Source: Dicyema japonicum | Lineage: Eukaryota; Animalia; Dicyemida | Reading direction: 5' to 3' | DNA length: 64,000 nt | NCBI GenBank assembly: GCA_011109175.1 | Contig: RDEW01000021.1 | Location: 383,080-447,079, forward strand | Part shown: one piece after another, positions 38,972-52,299 of the stretch | How the letters are laid out: the number at the start of each line of letters is the position of its first letter | Numbering within the stretch: position 1 is the first letter of the stretch | Notes under the pieces: model-generated | The model's database searches: none | Told to the model about the DNA's origin: nothing | The model's input: the letters and a program-made list of their open reading frames with translations, nothing else | Made by a program: the position numbers and the translations under genes

Positions 38972-39049
38972 CGATTCACTAATCTTTAATTCTTTTAAAG
39001 TTGACACTTATATAACAAATACACTGAATTCAATCATTTGGGGAAAGGG

Positions 39050-40020
39050 TTTTCGAAGGAATTCGACGAGACACTTCCGGGGGACGGTGGGATCGTCGGT
39101 TGACAACTTGAGGAGAATCTGAAAATTAATAGAAGCTGGGGTCACTTATTAGTTGGCTTTGATACTTCTTTCTTGGTGATCTTTGGGTTTCCTGGATAAA
39201 TAAAAACATTGGCAACAAATAGGACTCAATCTGCCAAGAGAGAGTGGACATTGACGATAGTAAGTCCCAGGCACTGTAAAGACCATCTCTGTTCGGCGAT
39301 CTCTGAGTCGCGCCCACTGGAGTTCATAATCCGCATGAACTGAGGAGCGTGTCAGTGCGACTACGGCCATACGTGCTTGTGAGGAACATCGTGCCAAGTT
39401 GAGGTCTCTGTTGAAGTGTGACGGGTTCACGTGAGTACAGTCCGACCCCAAAATGGGACAGACCCAGGGGTGGGGCACCCTCGGATTTTGGGGCACCTTT
39501 TTTCAAATCAACATTTTGGCAGAATAAAATAAACAATCAATAAAAAATTATGGAAATTTTGGGGCATCGAAAAATCATATATTTACAATTTTTAAGATAA
39601 TAAAATTATAATAAATTAATTATTTTTTTTGTTTTATTTTCAATTTTCATTTTTGTTGTGGTTATGGATTGCGAAACTAAATTGAAAATTGCTAAGAAAT
39701 TATGAGGAACAATTTATTTGAAAGGCAATTAATCACAAAGTACAAGACAAGTAAAGGAACTATTTCAAGAATCAAACGAAATATTGACCTTTCTGTCTAA
39801 CAGATCAACTTCTAAATCATGTTATAGACGAAACAATTGATGTAGAGTGCGAAGAGTCCGAAAATAATATCTATAGTGGATATTCAGAAACGGAGAATGT
39901 CGAAAATGTCGTAGAGGAAACAAAGGATTTACTAAACAATTTGGAAGAAAAAATTTCTGCTTCTTCCAATTTAGGGGTCGGACTGTAGTTAGTTTGGTGT
40001 CATCGCAGTCTTTGGATTTT
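39050..40020 (+). mobile_element. LINE 3' fragment (family A-like) split by a MITE
   Basis: EEHRAKLRSLLKCDGFT* at ~39385-39435; the 3' UTR GTTAGTTTGG resumes at 39988. Confidence 0.7.
39438..39985. mobile_element. Tc1/mariner-type non-autonomous element (548 bp) with TA TSD
   Basis: TIRs CAGTCCGACCCCAAAAT and CAGTCCGACCCCTAAAT (rc); TA at 39436-39437 and 39986-39987. Confidence 0.8.
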
Positions 40021-41829
40021 TTTATTTAAAAAAAACTATAATTAAAAAAAATCAAATTAAAAAAATTGCAATAAAGATTCAAGCCACTCAAAAAACCGAC
40101 CACCATCTTATAAAACAATTCATCAACTCTCCCCATACAAAATATACAGCGGGTACAAAGCTTAGTTCAAGATCTACCTCGTTGATCACCTACCCTGGGA
40201 GATAGAAAGCCTGCATTGAGTGGTCATCTAGAAATGGGTAGCTTACAATGTATCCAACAATCATTTGATCCTAATCACCCAGCATTTCCACTTCTCAAAT
40301 CCACTAACGACGGGAACATTTGTAGAATCCATACTGACCCCAATCTGGAAAATCTCCTCTAAGCCTAAATTTCCCCCAACAGAAATGGAAGAAATCAAAG
40401 ATTGTAAGCCTGTTAATAAAAATAAAGATCATTTTACTGAAGAAAGTATCACTGACGTAGGTGAATCATCTTTCCTTGGAGTTTATTTTGGTGACGGGGG
40501 TCTGAGGAGTGATCTTTCCTCGAAGGACTCTACTACGCTTTCAATCCAATAGGCTGAGGATCCTTGATTCACAGGTTCTTCTTACTGAAAAATTATCTTT
40601 TTAAGTTACTTTTCGTTCTGAGATTCTTCCCAGCCTTCAGATGATGAGATATCTTAAGCACCAACGATTAAACATTAAAGTCTGTTCAACAATATAGGCT
40701 GGAAGAAGTACCTCTCAGGGTGACCTCTGTCTCAAATCTGCGGCCAAAAATTCGCTCCTTGATTTTTTTCCGTGTTCTTCATGTTGTTAGAGATATACAT
40801 CCGAAAACACCATGGAAGGGATTGGAATAGTGCTCCTTAACGTAGGAACTTTCTCAGAGGTCTTGGGACAAAATAAAAATCGCTCTACCCTCACTGGAAC
40901 TCATGAAACAACCATCAAATGTGATAAAGAGGATGATGACCGTAAAGATCGTCTCAAAACTTTTAACTAAAATTATTGAAGAATCAGATTTTTTCCTTGT
41001 CTTAAATATCGATAATAATTTAATGAAATTTTCCACCTCACGACAACAAATTGACCGGTTTCCATAGTAACTACCAAGCTAACTATACGGTAGTTACTAG
41101 GTAAGGGAGATACGTTGGATTTGTTTGTATCGATGTAGGCAGTTTTCTTTACATGCATGTGTTTGCGGAAGACCAAGATTAACTCTTCCAGATGTACTGA
41201 ATCACCTAAACGATGAAAAGATCGTTGAAACCGCGGAAGAATTTATAAGATTGCTGGCTGACGATCGAGGAGCGTGGAAGAGACTGCCATTTATTATTCT
41301 TTTTTATTCACGTACTTCAAGTCAATTGGTGAGTCTAGTGAATTATAAAAATAAAACACATTTGTTAAACAAACGTAATCCTTCACTACTCATCGGAAGA
41401 AGAGAAAAGGGAATTATGCAGACGATTAAGTTTTGGGGACAATAGTCCTAGTCTTCTACCATAAATAAATCAGTGTTTCTCAACTTTTTTTTCGTATTCC
41501 TCTATGAAAAAATTTTCTCCCCCGTCAATAATTTATCGTTCCCATAATAACTATAGTAATGTTATAATTATTAATTTTTATTAAAAAAACCCTTGACATT
41601 GGTGGAGGTTTACCAGATGCTCTATATTTGAGATTCTTTTAGTAAGGCCTACTACGATGTCTCCTCTTTTGGAGATACTCAAATATTGCACTTCCTCCGC
41701 TTCATATAATTATGTTCTTCCTGTTAAATGCGATATTCATGGAAAAGATGATCGCATTTGATATATGAGATTATGCCGTAGAACATTGGGGAATGCTTGT
41801 GGAGAGGGGCAAGCTGAGATAACAAGTCA

Positions 41830-42930
41830 AATACCTGTGCCGTGACTACCCATAGTTAATTTAATTACTAAATTAATTAAGTGATCTCGAAGGCCTTGAT
41901 CAGATTTCTCATCCTCTCCTTGTGCGCCTTCTGGGACCCAACTTAACTTCTCTGTGGGCGGGATGAGTTGGGGAATAGAAATTGGAGAGGTGATGTATTC
42001 CCTTATCATAATACACGTCCTGGTTGTTTAGTGTTGGGAGTCGCACTGCTTGCACGGTGAAGCATTTCCATTTGGTAGGATAAGCTCTTCAAGTGATGAG
42101 GGGATTAGTTTTTCTAGTTTTCCAAAAATTACTAGTAGTATTGGATGTCAAAGACTGAATGTCGCTAATTTTTTGATTCTTCGTCCAGGACAGATTGTTT
42201 CCCCGTGACCACCATATCTTGATGTTCGGATGTGAGTTCGAATTAAAAATCTTTTGCGTTGGGAGTTCCCCCGGAACAGAATCAAAGGCCTTTTGCATAT
42301 CGATGGACACTAAGGTCGTCCGTAAGTGTGTTCTCATGTTGAAGCCGTCAGTAATAAACTGGGAGATAGAACCCAAATGAGTCGTTGTAGAACGGTCTGC
42401 CCTGAAACCATGTTGAATTTCTGGTAGATGTAGAACAAGAGAGATACGCATTAATACAAGCTTGTCCAGCACTTTTTATAAAACACAAGTTATTGAGACG
42501 GGGCGGTAAGAAGGAACGTCTTTTAGTTTTTCAAGCTTTAGAATTGGCGTAATCAGGGAATTCTTCAATATATTAGGTAGCGTATGGTAGTTGATAGAGT
42601 CGTTGTACAGTATTGATAATATGGCCCAAGCCAGAGGTCCAAGGTGTTTGAGGTGAATAGTACAGATACCGTCGGGACCACAAGCACGAGTGGGACTTAG
42701 CAATTTAATAGCCTTGTCAATATCATGGGGGTGAATACGGTTCTTATTGCTGCCCGCGCCGCATTTATAAACGGATTTATTTTTTTGAATTATTTTNGAG
42801 GTCCAAGGTGTTTGAGGTGAATAGTACAGATACCGTCGGGACCACAAGCACAAGTGGGACGTAGCAATTTAATAGCCTTGTCAATATCATGGGGGGTAAA
42901 TACGGTTCTTATTGCGGCCCGCGCCGCATT
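41830..42930 (-). mobile_element. APE-LINE fragment (RT N-terminal part, internal deletion, 3' end)
   Basis: ACGPDGI, SYRPVSIT, QHGFRADRSTTTHL, IDMQKAFDSV; end GAGATCACTTAATTAA at ~41875-41890. Confidence 0.85.
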
Positions 42931-43019
42931 TATCAACGGATTTATTTTGGGAGATAAATTAATTATTTCATATAAATTATGTAATTTATATTAATATCTG
43001 TTTAAAACCACTTTCACAT

Positions 43020-43889
43020 ACATTGGACTTTCCCATTCCAGACGTCCCATTCCATGATATTATTCTAACTTGTGCCGATGACATCATCATTGCGTCACGT
43101 GATCAGGACATCCAGATTGCCACTTCGAAATTGCAAGAAAATCTGGACCGTCTTGACAAATGGCTATCAAAGAATCGCCTAACTTCCAGTAGTGAGAAGT
43201 CCGTCACAACCCTATTTACTTCAGACAAGAGACTGGGAAGACGGACGGTCGAACTGAAGGCAAACAATGAAGCTATTCCTTTCAGAAAATCTCAAAGGAT
43301 CCTTGGGGTGACTTTTGACATGCATGTCATTTTCTCCCCATGTTGAAAACGTCATTAAAAAATGTGAAAATAAAACTAATGTGTAAAAATGCCTCACAGG
43401 ATTCTGAAAAAAACGGAAATCATACCGTTTTGAGCACTGAATATAACAATTCATTGAACCATGCATCTCTAACGCATGTGGTATATGGGCCCCATTCATC
43501 TCTTGTACAATTGTCTTCAAGATCGAGGCTAGCCGAAAAAGACCTCCAAAATCACGGAACGCTGGATTTCTGGAAAGTTCCAGCCATGAATGCCTCTTGA
43601 AGCCATGATACGAATGAACCATGTAACGCGTTATCGTGACTGAGAAGATCCAGTCACTCAACCGATACGTGCTTGTGCGGAAATGAGGGAGGTGCATCGG
43701 GCCACTTGATACGAATGAACCATGTAACGCGTTATCGTGACTGAGAAGATCCAGTCACTCAACCGATACGTGCTTGTGCGGAAATGAGGGAGGTGCATCG
43801 GGCCAAGATGAGGTCCCTTCTAGAGTTTGCTAGGATCACGTTATTAGTTAGTTTGTGTAACCGTGGTCTCTGATGTTATATTATCATTA
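43020..43889 (+). mobile_element. APE-LINE 3' region (family A), close relative of 23770-24530
   Basis: Long near-identical stretches (GCGTCACG..GATCAGGACATCCA..ATTGCCACTTCGAAATTGCAAG); tail abuts the pogo TIR. Confidence 0.9.
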
Positions 43890-45226
43890 CAGTATGCCCT
43901 CATTAATCCAAACTTCAATAATCCGAATTTTTTGATAAGTTAGCAAAATTTTACGAAGTTACCTTACAAACAGGATTCAATAAACCGAAACTTCATAATC
44001 CGCAATCCGAAAGACATTTATTAAAAATTTTGAATTAATTTATTTTATTTTTATCATACATTCAAATGAATTTAAATTTGATATCTAACAGTCCCACATG
44101 GTTAGAACGAGGACCGTAATTCTATTGCATGGAAAAGTAATATTTGTGAAACAAAAAATACATCAAAAATAAATCTCAGGGAATTTTCCCATATTTGTGA
44201 AATAAAAATGAACCTTTATTTGGGAATTTCTACACTTTCAGAAATTCTAAAAAAACCGTGAAAATTGGAAAACTGTGAAACTACGATTAACAAAACAACC
44301 AAGTGGAAACATCATCAACTTGATAATTCACTTGTTTAATGGATGAAATTATGGTTTTATTTCGGAAGATATCATCATTTCACAAGCTAAAGTATTTTGT
44401 GATAAGCTTGGAATTAATGACTTTGAATTTAGTAAAGGCCTTAAACTAAAAGTTCCTCACAGAGAAGATGCTTAACATAAGATGAAATTAATTTGAATAG
44501 ACAAAATATGATCAAGTTAAAAGTTGACCCTGAAGTATTGCTAAACATGGGTGAAACTTATTCTGTTTTCAATCTTTCCCTTTTAGAACAAATTATTTAA
44601 AGATAGAAAAGTCATGAAGCAATCAAAAGTCGGGATCACTATAGCTCTTTGTGCTAATGCAACTGGAACAATAAAAAATAATCATTTTTTGGCTATAATA
44701 AACTACCAAGATTTTTAAAAAATTTTGACTTTGAAAATTATTGTTCTATGCAAATAAAAGGGTTTTGATGACAACAGAACTTTTTGATGTTTTTATCAGT
44801 CATCATAGTGATGAATTAAAATGTTACAGAAAAAGTTCTTTTTACTGATCGATAATGTTCTTTTCACGTTTTAATGAAATTTTTTGAAAATTGAAATTTT
44901 ATTCCTTCCAAAAACACAACTGCACATCTTCAACAATGGATGCAGGCATAATTAAGAACTTAAGCATTTTTATAGAAAAAGGCTTATTTTGGATTATATG
45001 GAAGCCCTTGATTTTGAAAAAAATTTTTTTTTATATTTTCGGAAAGCCATCATTATGTTATCTCACACACGAAGTAACAGAAGACCTTAAAAATTGTTAT
45101 AAAAGATTGAGGCAATCGAATGTCTTGATTCATTTGCTAATGAAGATATAATGTAAGATCTTGTTTATTCCCTTCACAATCCGAAAGGCATCCAATTTTT
45201 TTGTTCGAATTAATGAGGGTCTACTG
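43890..45226 (+). mobile_element. pogo/Tigger transposon, both TIRs present, decayed transposase
   Basis: TIRs CAGTATGCCCTCATTAATCCAAAC and CAGTAGACCCTCATTAATTCGAAC (rc); TA at 43888-43889 and 45227-45228; motifs ITIALCANATG and MDAGIIKN. Confidence 0.88.
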
Positions 45227-46089
45227 TATTGGGAATCATCTTTATTTTTTATGCTGGTTCTGGATGGATTTGTATGCAATTGGAAGGAGTCTTTGACAGT
45301 GAGAACTGGTTGCGGTTAATTAGATGTTAACTTCTTTTTCGGTGTATCTGTGTAATAATACTAATTTGGAATCATCTTACGGATCAGGACTACCAATGAC
45401 TTTAGTTAGCTTGTGGATACGCCAACACTTCAGCTGGACGGTTGATGGTAGCCGGCTTCCTACATGTTTCTGAAGTTAAGTAAATAACAAAAACTACATC
45501 ACAAATTTTTGAAACAGAACTTTAACGTGGGTCACCTGCTCGTGAAGAAATATACTTAGCGAACGAGACAACCTATCTCACCAATCGACTGCAAGATAAT
45601 CTGCTTGCTAGTGACTATGGGACGATCACCAAACTACCGTTCCTAAATTTATTTTCACTTAAAATATCATGTCATCCACAAAAAACACTATAAAATAGAT
45701 TGTGTTAATTTCATATGCCACCTCTATAATAAATTACTAGTGATACCCCCCAAAATACAAAGTTTGTTATTAGCAGCGACTTTATAGTAAATAAAGCATA
45801 CCCAGCTAGCCTAGTGATGGTAATTCAACACAAGATTCAATCATGCTCCTGCATCTGATAAGTCTTTCCTTTATTCAGAACTTCTGATTTTCTGTTTCTT
45901 GAGTCCATCACTTCGTACAAGTGTTTTCATCAAAGTAGACATTTGTGTAGTAGAGATACGCCACCAGCTCAAACATGTGAAGAATTAACCACGTGGCTAA
46001 CTATTTAATTTTGAAGAGATATTTTCTTATGTGAAAGGAAAAACTAAAGTTGTATGCAATAACCTGCAGAATGAAATTCATTTAAGATT

Positions 46090-47300
46090 ATTTATTTAAC
46101 ACCCAAGACCACGGTAAAACCAAACTAACTATCACGTGATCCCGATGCGTTCCATCGAAATCTTCATCTTTTCCCGGTGTTCCTCCCTCGTTCCCACACA
46201 AGCTCGTACTGGGCGGCTGACTGTATTTGCAGGGCCACCTTCTCACATGCCGGAGTTTAGTTTGATGAGGGCCTCCAGAGTAGTCGGTCCGGATCTGTGT
46301 CTCCCACAAGTCCACCGCTCCGTGACTCTGAAAGCCTTCTTTTGTACGTCCTCGATTTTCTTAGTATTCGTCCATGATAATGAAGGTCCCCACGAAGAAC
46401 ACGCGTACGAGAAGCATGGTTCAATGTATTGTTTGTAGATATTCATCAAGACCGGGTGGGTACCTGTCTTCCATATTCCAGATAAACATTTTAATACATT
46501 GATTTTATTTTCGCACTTCAGAACAATGTTTGTCACGTGTGATGACAAATATAAGTGCTTATCCGGTGTCACGCCCAGGATCTTCTGATATTTGCTGAAG
46601 GGGATTTCAACGTTGTCCAATTTTAAGGTGACAGTCTTCTTCCCCAATCTTTTGCCGAAGTAAACATAGACGTGACCGACTTCCTGGAATTTACTGTGAG
46701 TCGGTTCTTCATTACCCAGGCGTTGAGTCGGTACAGGTTAATGTGTAATTTTTCTGTAGCATTTTGGATATCCCGATCACGCGAGGCCAAAACAATGTCG
46801 TCCGCATATAAGAGAAGAATATTGTTATTGGATTCCGGTGTCGGGAGGTCGGCCAGGTATAAATTGAATAAAGCGGGAGATAAAGGAGATCCTTGGGGGA
46901 CACTGTTTGGGAGAAGACGCGAGACTGATTTCAGTCCTCCGAGGCCCTCCGTCCACTTAAGAGATTTGTTATCCATAGTTTAAGCTTCCCCGGGATCTCC
47001 GACTAAAAAATTTTCTTTGATAATATTTTTCTCAAAATAGAATCAAAGGCCTTGTTACTATCAATGGAACACAAGACTGTTTTCAAATGATTTGGTTTGT
47101 TTGAAAATCCATCTCTAATGAAGTTGGTTAATTTCTGTAGGTACGTTGGTGTAGAACAATCGCTCTTGAATCCGTGTTGAAAATCCTTCCAAAAATATAA
47201 TTGGAGATTACCACATGTGGACATATGGGGTGGAATATAAACTCCCAAGCCATGTAGAGACATGAATTGTCTATTGTAATTAACCCCCAGTGGATTCAAC
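46090..47300 (-). mobile_element. APE-LINE RT to 3' end (family A variant)
   Basis: FQHGFK, IDSNKAFDSI, VPQGSPLSPALFNLYL, YADD, YKQYIEPCFSYACSSWG, end GIT*, (TAAA)n tail. Confidence 0.9.
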
Positions 47301-47512
47301 TCGTTTAATTAGTTATAATGTTTCCATTCGAACTCGTTCTTACAACTTTTCTTTAGCCTATGTCGTGTCATGTCAATCTGAAGATGACTTTGTAACGATT
47401 TTTCGGCTGACTTTTAAAGTTTCAAATTTTTGTCTTTTAATCGATCTAATTTCCATTAAGATTGCTAGAATTGTTATAAGCACGTGTTACTAACTATCGC
47501 ATACCAAAAATC

Positions 47513-47583
47513 TGGTGGATTCTAGTGGATATTGCTGTCATTCATGTCGCAATTAGCTGTGAGTTCGATTCTCACACCGCTAC
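47513..47583 (+). pseudogene. tRNA-like relic or tRNA-derived SINE head
   Basis: Perfect T-arm GTGAG-TTCGATT-CTCAC, A-box-like TGGATTCTAGTGG, 6/7 acceptor pairs (TGGTGGA/ACCGCTA); anticodon arm does not pair properly. Confidence 0.4.
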
Positions 47584-48662
47584 CTACCTGGTAGATGGAT
47601 TCCGTAGTGCAAAATATTTTATTCAAATCCACAAAGTAACGACATTGTCCCCTCCGGAAGAATAGTGGGATTTTCTTGATACCGGCCAGGCATTGGGCGT
47701 CTCCTCAGTAAGGTGGATCCAATGACACCATCTGAAGGAAGGGAATAATTTATGACCAACTAGCAACATAGCACACATGGCGTCACTTTCAGGATTTATG
47801 TTTTTATAAAAAAAATAAAGTTCGTTATGAAAAGTATGATCCAAGTTGCTAAAAAAAAAGATAAAGTAAATTAGAAAAGACGATCCTCTTAAATCGCCTG
47901 GAATAATCCAAGACTCTTTTAAAAGATGTGTTGTTNTTTATGTTTTTAAAAAAAAATAAAGTTCGTTATGAAAAGTATGATCCAAGTTGCTAAAAAAAAA
48001 GATAAAGTAAATTAGAAAAGACGATCCTCTTAAATCGCCTGGAATAATCCAAGACTCTTTTAAAAGACGTGTTGTTCCGAAAAAAGGGAGAGGGGATAAT
48101 TCCCAAACTCATATGGTGCTTACATCAGGAGGTGAATCCATGATCCTTTACTACACACAAAATTCAAAATGAATTAATGATTGAAAGGTTGTTTCGTCTG
48201 GAAGGGCCTTTATCTGAAACCTTTCTCTGGAAGAAATAAAACTAGCAATTGAGGATGTAAAAACAAAGCTCCTGGTTGGGACTTATACCAACAATGGTTC
48301 TCGAAAAGACGAACTTACCGCTAATTAATGGATTCTTGCCTCTGTTCGATTCCCTCTACTTGGAAGAGAACAATTGTAGATCAAATAAGGCCAATCAGTC
48401 TTATCTGGACTATTTCAGAGATTAGATTTAGATTTATGCTTCAATTAGTCTTCATCGGCTTCTGTACATCTCAATTCTTTACTACTTTCCGAATTTTCTA
48501 GTTTAAGCTGGTCGATCTCAAATTGAATGCTTTCTCAGCTTTTTCAATCAAAATACTTGATCCCTCAGTGATTTATTGTTTTTCTCTATCAGTTCATTTC
48601 CTTCTTATTAATTTGCTAGATAACTTCAGGTTCTCGAATTGTAACTTCAATTTATTAATAGT

Positions 48663-48887
48663 CTTCCGAGTTCTCGCAAGAACTCAGCCGTCATTGGACC
48701 AACGGCTCCCGATGATTCGGTCGGAGGATTGCTTGCCAGAAAGAAAAGGGATCAACGAGAAGGGTTATGGCTAAGACAAAAGATTGGAATAGCCGTACTC
48801 CGAGGGAACTCGTTCGCAATCCACGCAGCAGGCTTCCTCAACTGACATTTGTTTAATTGTTAAAAAATTTTTTGTATAAAAAAAAAA
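48663..48887 (+). mobile_element. CRE-like retroelement, 5'-truncated and 5'-inverted, with 11-bp TSD
   Basis: Forward part 48721-48870 is nearly identical to 13508-13655; 48665-48720 is the reverse complement of the adjoining upstream element sequence; poly(A); TSD TTATTAATAGT at 48652-48662 and 48888-48898. Confidence 0.88.
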
Positions 48888-48984
48888 TTATTAATAGTTC
48901 GCTTATTCTCATCCAAAATCCCACTTAAAGTCGACTGTTAGTCATTCAACTCGTTGAATTCAATTCTTCTATCTTTTCTGAAAA

Positions 48985-49860
48985 GTAAAAAAATTAATAA
49001 CTGAAAAGTGAAGCTATCATATCCCTTAAGATTTATCTTTTTTATTATTTAGATTTTTTGTGTGAATACAAAAAAAGTGCAACTATCTTTAATGAAAAGT
49101 GTTTTTATAACAGAGTATAAAATTTTAACTTTGTTAATTGTGTAGGCACCGTCGTTTCAAAATATTTGACATTTTGACGAATTACTGCACATTAATAGAT
49201 TTGATTAATTCTTTTTAATCAATCATCTTACTATAGACGGTTCTGCTTTTTAATCGTATACACTCACCAACATGTTTAAATTATATGTTTTTATCAAAAA
49301 TTTAATTTTATCTGAAAAAAAATAATTTAGATTTTTATGATTATTTCAAAATCTCGTTACCGTTACCTTTCAAACAGAGTCCCTCAAAAGTCTTTCCTCT
49401 TTTCGGCTTTGNGAAAAGTAAAAAAATTAATAACTGAAAAGTGAAGCTATCATATCCCTTAAGATTTATCTTTCTTATTATTTAGATTTTTTGTGTGAAT
49501 ACAAAAAAAGTGCAACTATCTTTAATGAAAAGTGTTTTTATAACAGAGTATAAAATTTTAACTTTGTTAATTGTGTAGGCACCGTCGTTTCAAAATATTT
49601 GACATTTTGACGAATTACTGCACATTAATAGATTTGATTATTTCTTTTTAATCAATCATCTTACTATGGACGGTTCTGCTTTTTAATCGTGTACACTCAC
49701 CAACATGTTTAAATTATATGTTTTTATCAAAAATTTGATTTTATCTGAAAAAAAATAATTTAGATTTTTATGATTATTTCAAAATCTCATTCCTGTTACC
49801 TTTCAAACAGAGTTTCTCAAAAGTATTTCCTCTCTCCGGCTTTGTTCAACTCCACCTGAG
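48985..49860. repeat. ~420-bp AT-rich tandem duplication joined by a single N
   Basis: Copies flank the N at 49412 and differ by few substitutions. Confidence 0.85.
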
Positions 49861-50355
49861 TAGTATTCCAGAGCTGGAAGATACGATGGTACAAAATGAT
49901 AATTTTGACCATAACACCCTGTTTTCTTGATTTGGCTAAAATTACTCAGCCAACTCCAAATAAGATCAAGTCAAAGGTAATACATGACCATATCTTTACC
50001 GAAACTATCCGAAGATTGGTTTGGAAGATCTCTTTCGAAGACTACCCTCGACATATAAACAAAAAGGGCCTTAGAAAAACTACGTTCTGAGCACTCCTTC
50101 CTTAGAGGAGAGTCGGTCTCTTTCCTTACATCAATCTAATTATCATTGATTCTACAAGAAGAATTCTCCACCAGTCCGGTGAACATCAATGAACTTTGCA
50201 AGCGTCCAGCACCAGGTGTTGGACGCCTAAGCATGGCCAGGCTCCTACAAGATAACAAGGTCGAGTTTATTTATTTATTTCATTATCATGGGGTTAATAA
50301 TTAAATTAATAAAAAGAGTAATTTTAAATAAATTATTTTTAAATTTAAATTTTCA

Positions 50356-50954
50356 ATGAAAACTCTAATTTCAAATTTGTTTGGTCTTCGGAAACTTGAA
50401 ATAAACATATGTTTGGTCGGTCCCCTTTCATCTGGAAAGAGCTACTTTGCCAATTTATTGCACGTAAAAATAAATTAATAAGTTTAGAAAAATATTTTTT
50501 ACCCGGACACTATTCGCTCAATTGGTTCAACAATTCACGAATTTGAACTTAACGGGGTCAATATCAAACTTAATGACTTACCGGGGGCTGAATTTTATCG
50601 ATCCCTCTGGACCTTCGACTGTTTCTTGGCCGACGTTATAGTGTACCCATGTGACTCTATCATGAGATTTATGCTGGATTCGACTGATGGACAGGACATC
50701 ATGTCAGTCAGAGAAGAGCTTCACGATTTATTGCTGGAATTGGATTCAATCCCAATTCCTTTACTCATCATGGCAAATAAAGCAGATTTGCCTAAACCTT
50801 TGCATTATGAGGAACTCAAGTATTTGCTGTAGTTTTATTAAATACCATCACGAATAGGGAATTCAAAATGTACCTTTGTTCATGCAAGACAAGACAAAAT
50901 ATTGATGCTTGTGTTAAATGGATTCTGCTGTTTAGTAGAATTCGTAAATCTTGA
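50356..50954 (+). CDS. ARL8: ARL8-like small GTPase, divergent
   Basis: GPLSSGKS (G1), DLPGA (G3), NKAD (G4), CSCKTRQNIDACVKWIL (cf. ARL8 SISCKEKDNIDITLQWL); introns ~50464-50487, ~50643-50666 and 50829-50857. Confidence 0.72.
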
Positions 50955-52299
50955 GCTTTTCTTAGTTTGAAGGATATTTGTTGATTTTAAATAATTATGC
51001 TTTCTCTTGATTTTTGCCACAGTTAAGCTCCTGGTAACATTTTTAGTTTTGAAAAAAGAACTCTGTTTTTTCATGAACATGTCGTTGGACTTGGGTGATA
51101 TTAAAAGCTTCGAACTACTGAAATGTCGGGTATTCGAAGCAGCATACCAATCAATTAGTTGCCATGCATATCAACATTTAGCTGGTTCCGTAGGTCGAAA
51201 GATGTCTCCGTTCTATTAGGCCAATGACTCGCTCAATTGTCTAAAATAACCTATTAACATTTTGAGTCATCAATTCTATGACTCATGGGTCAAACTTCAT
51301 AGGCAATAACTAACACATGATAGCAATTGAGTTGAAAAAAATGTAGTTAGGGAAAACCTCAGGCGTTGAGAAGACGTCTGGTTCTAGAAGTTCTTAATAA
51401 GCCAATGTGCTCAGGAATCTGACATAATTTGCTAAAAATCTAATGGCATTGTATCATTGAAGAGAAAACCTTTGATTTTGATTGACAGCTCAAAAAATAC
51501 AAGGATAGATCCAGAGGCTTATTCCAGATTTAATTCCGAAAAGCCTCAACTGAATATATCTGGATCATCCACTTTTAACCTGGATAACTTTCCAGGATAT
51601 CTGAAGGTAATCAATGAGTTAATGAACAACACGAAACGAGGAGGACCCTGGCACAATTATGTTCTGGAAACTTCCTCCTAAAATACGAATCGAAGAGGAA
51701 AATACAGAGGATAGTTCCGACCCCAATAAGAGTCTCCACAATGATGGGAGACAATCAAATAGCGTCAGTACACTAAATAAGGATCTCTTCTCTACGATCA
51801 ATGTGAAGTTTTTTGTCGGCCAAACTCTGTTGGTATCCGGTCCAAGATCACAAAGCTCCACTGTCCAGCCAAGTCATAGGTAGCCGAAGTATAGTCAAGT
51901 GTGGAGTCTAAAGCGGAATCTATAACAAATTTGAGTAGTTACATTGATGACTTTATGCTTCATAACAAGGACCGCGTCATATAAAAGAACACCTAATAAA
52001 CCGATTAGCAGTCAAAAACGTCCAAATGAGCCCAAATCTCACCAAATTCAGGTTTTTCTGTATAAACTGTATAAATTGGTCCTCAAGTAAGCACGTGTTC
52101 TCTAGTTCAAGCATAACGATCATATATTCGTGGATTTGTACAGTCTACCCTATATAAACGCATGACTGGCAGGCAATATTTAGAATATGAGTAATGGTTG
52201 AGGTGGTCCTTCTCGAGTATTCAGTCTGGTAATGTCTACTGCACCAGGGAAGAAAGAATTTCAGTTTAATGACTTTTAATGTGGGAGGAATCATCTTTG

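Noticed and set aside
39980-40010. Apparent compensatory stem GGACTGT/GCAGTCT in a LINE 3' end
   Set aside because: The 5' arm is the right TIR of the 39438-39985 MITE, so the pairing is coincidental and was not counted as covariation.
47581-47600. TACCTACCTGG resembling the U1 snRNA 5' end
   Set aside because: No U1 stem-loops or Sm site follow.
51007-51990. Several short plus/minus ORFs downstream of the ARL8-like gene
   Set aside because: No homology recognised; multiple stops in all frames.
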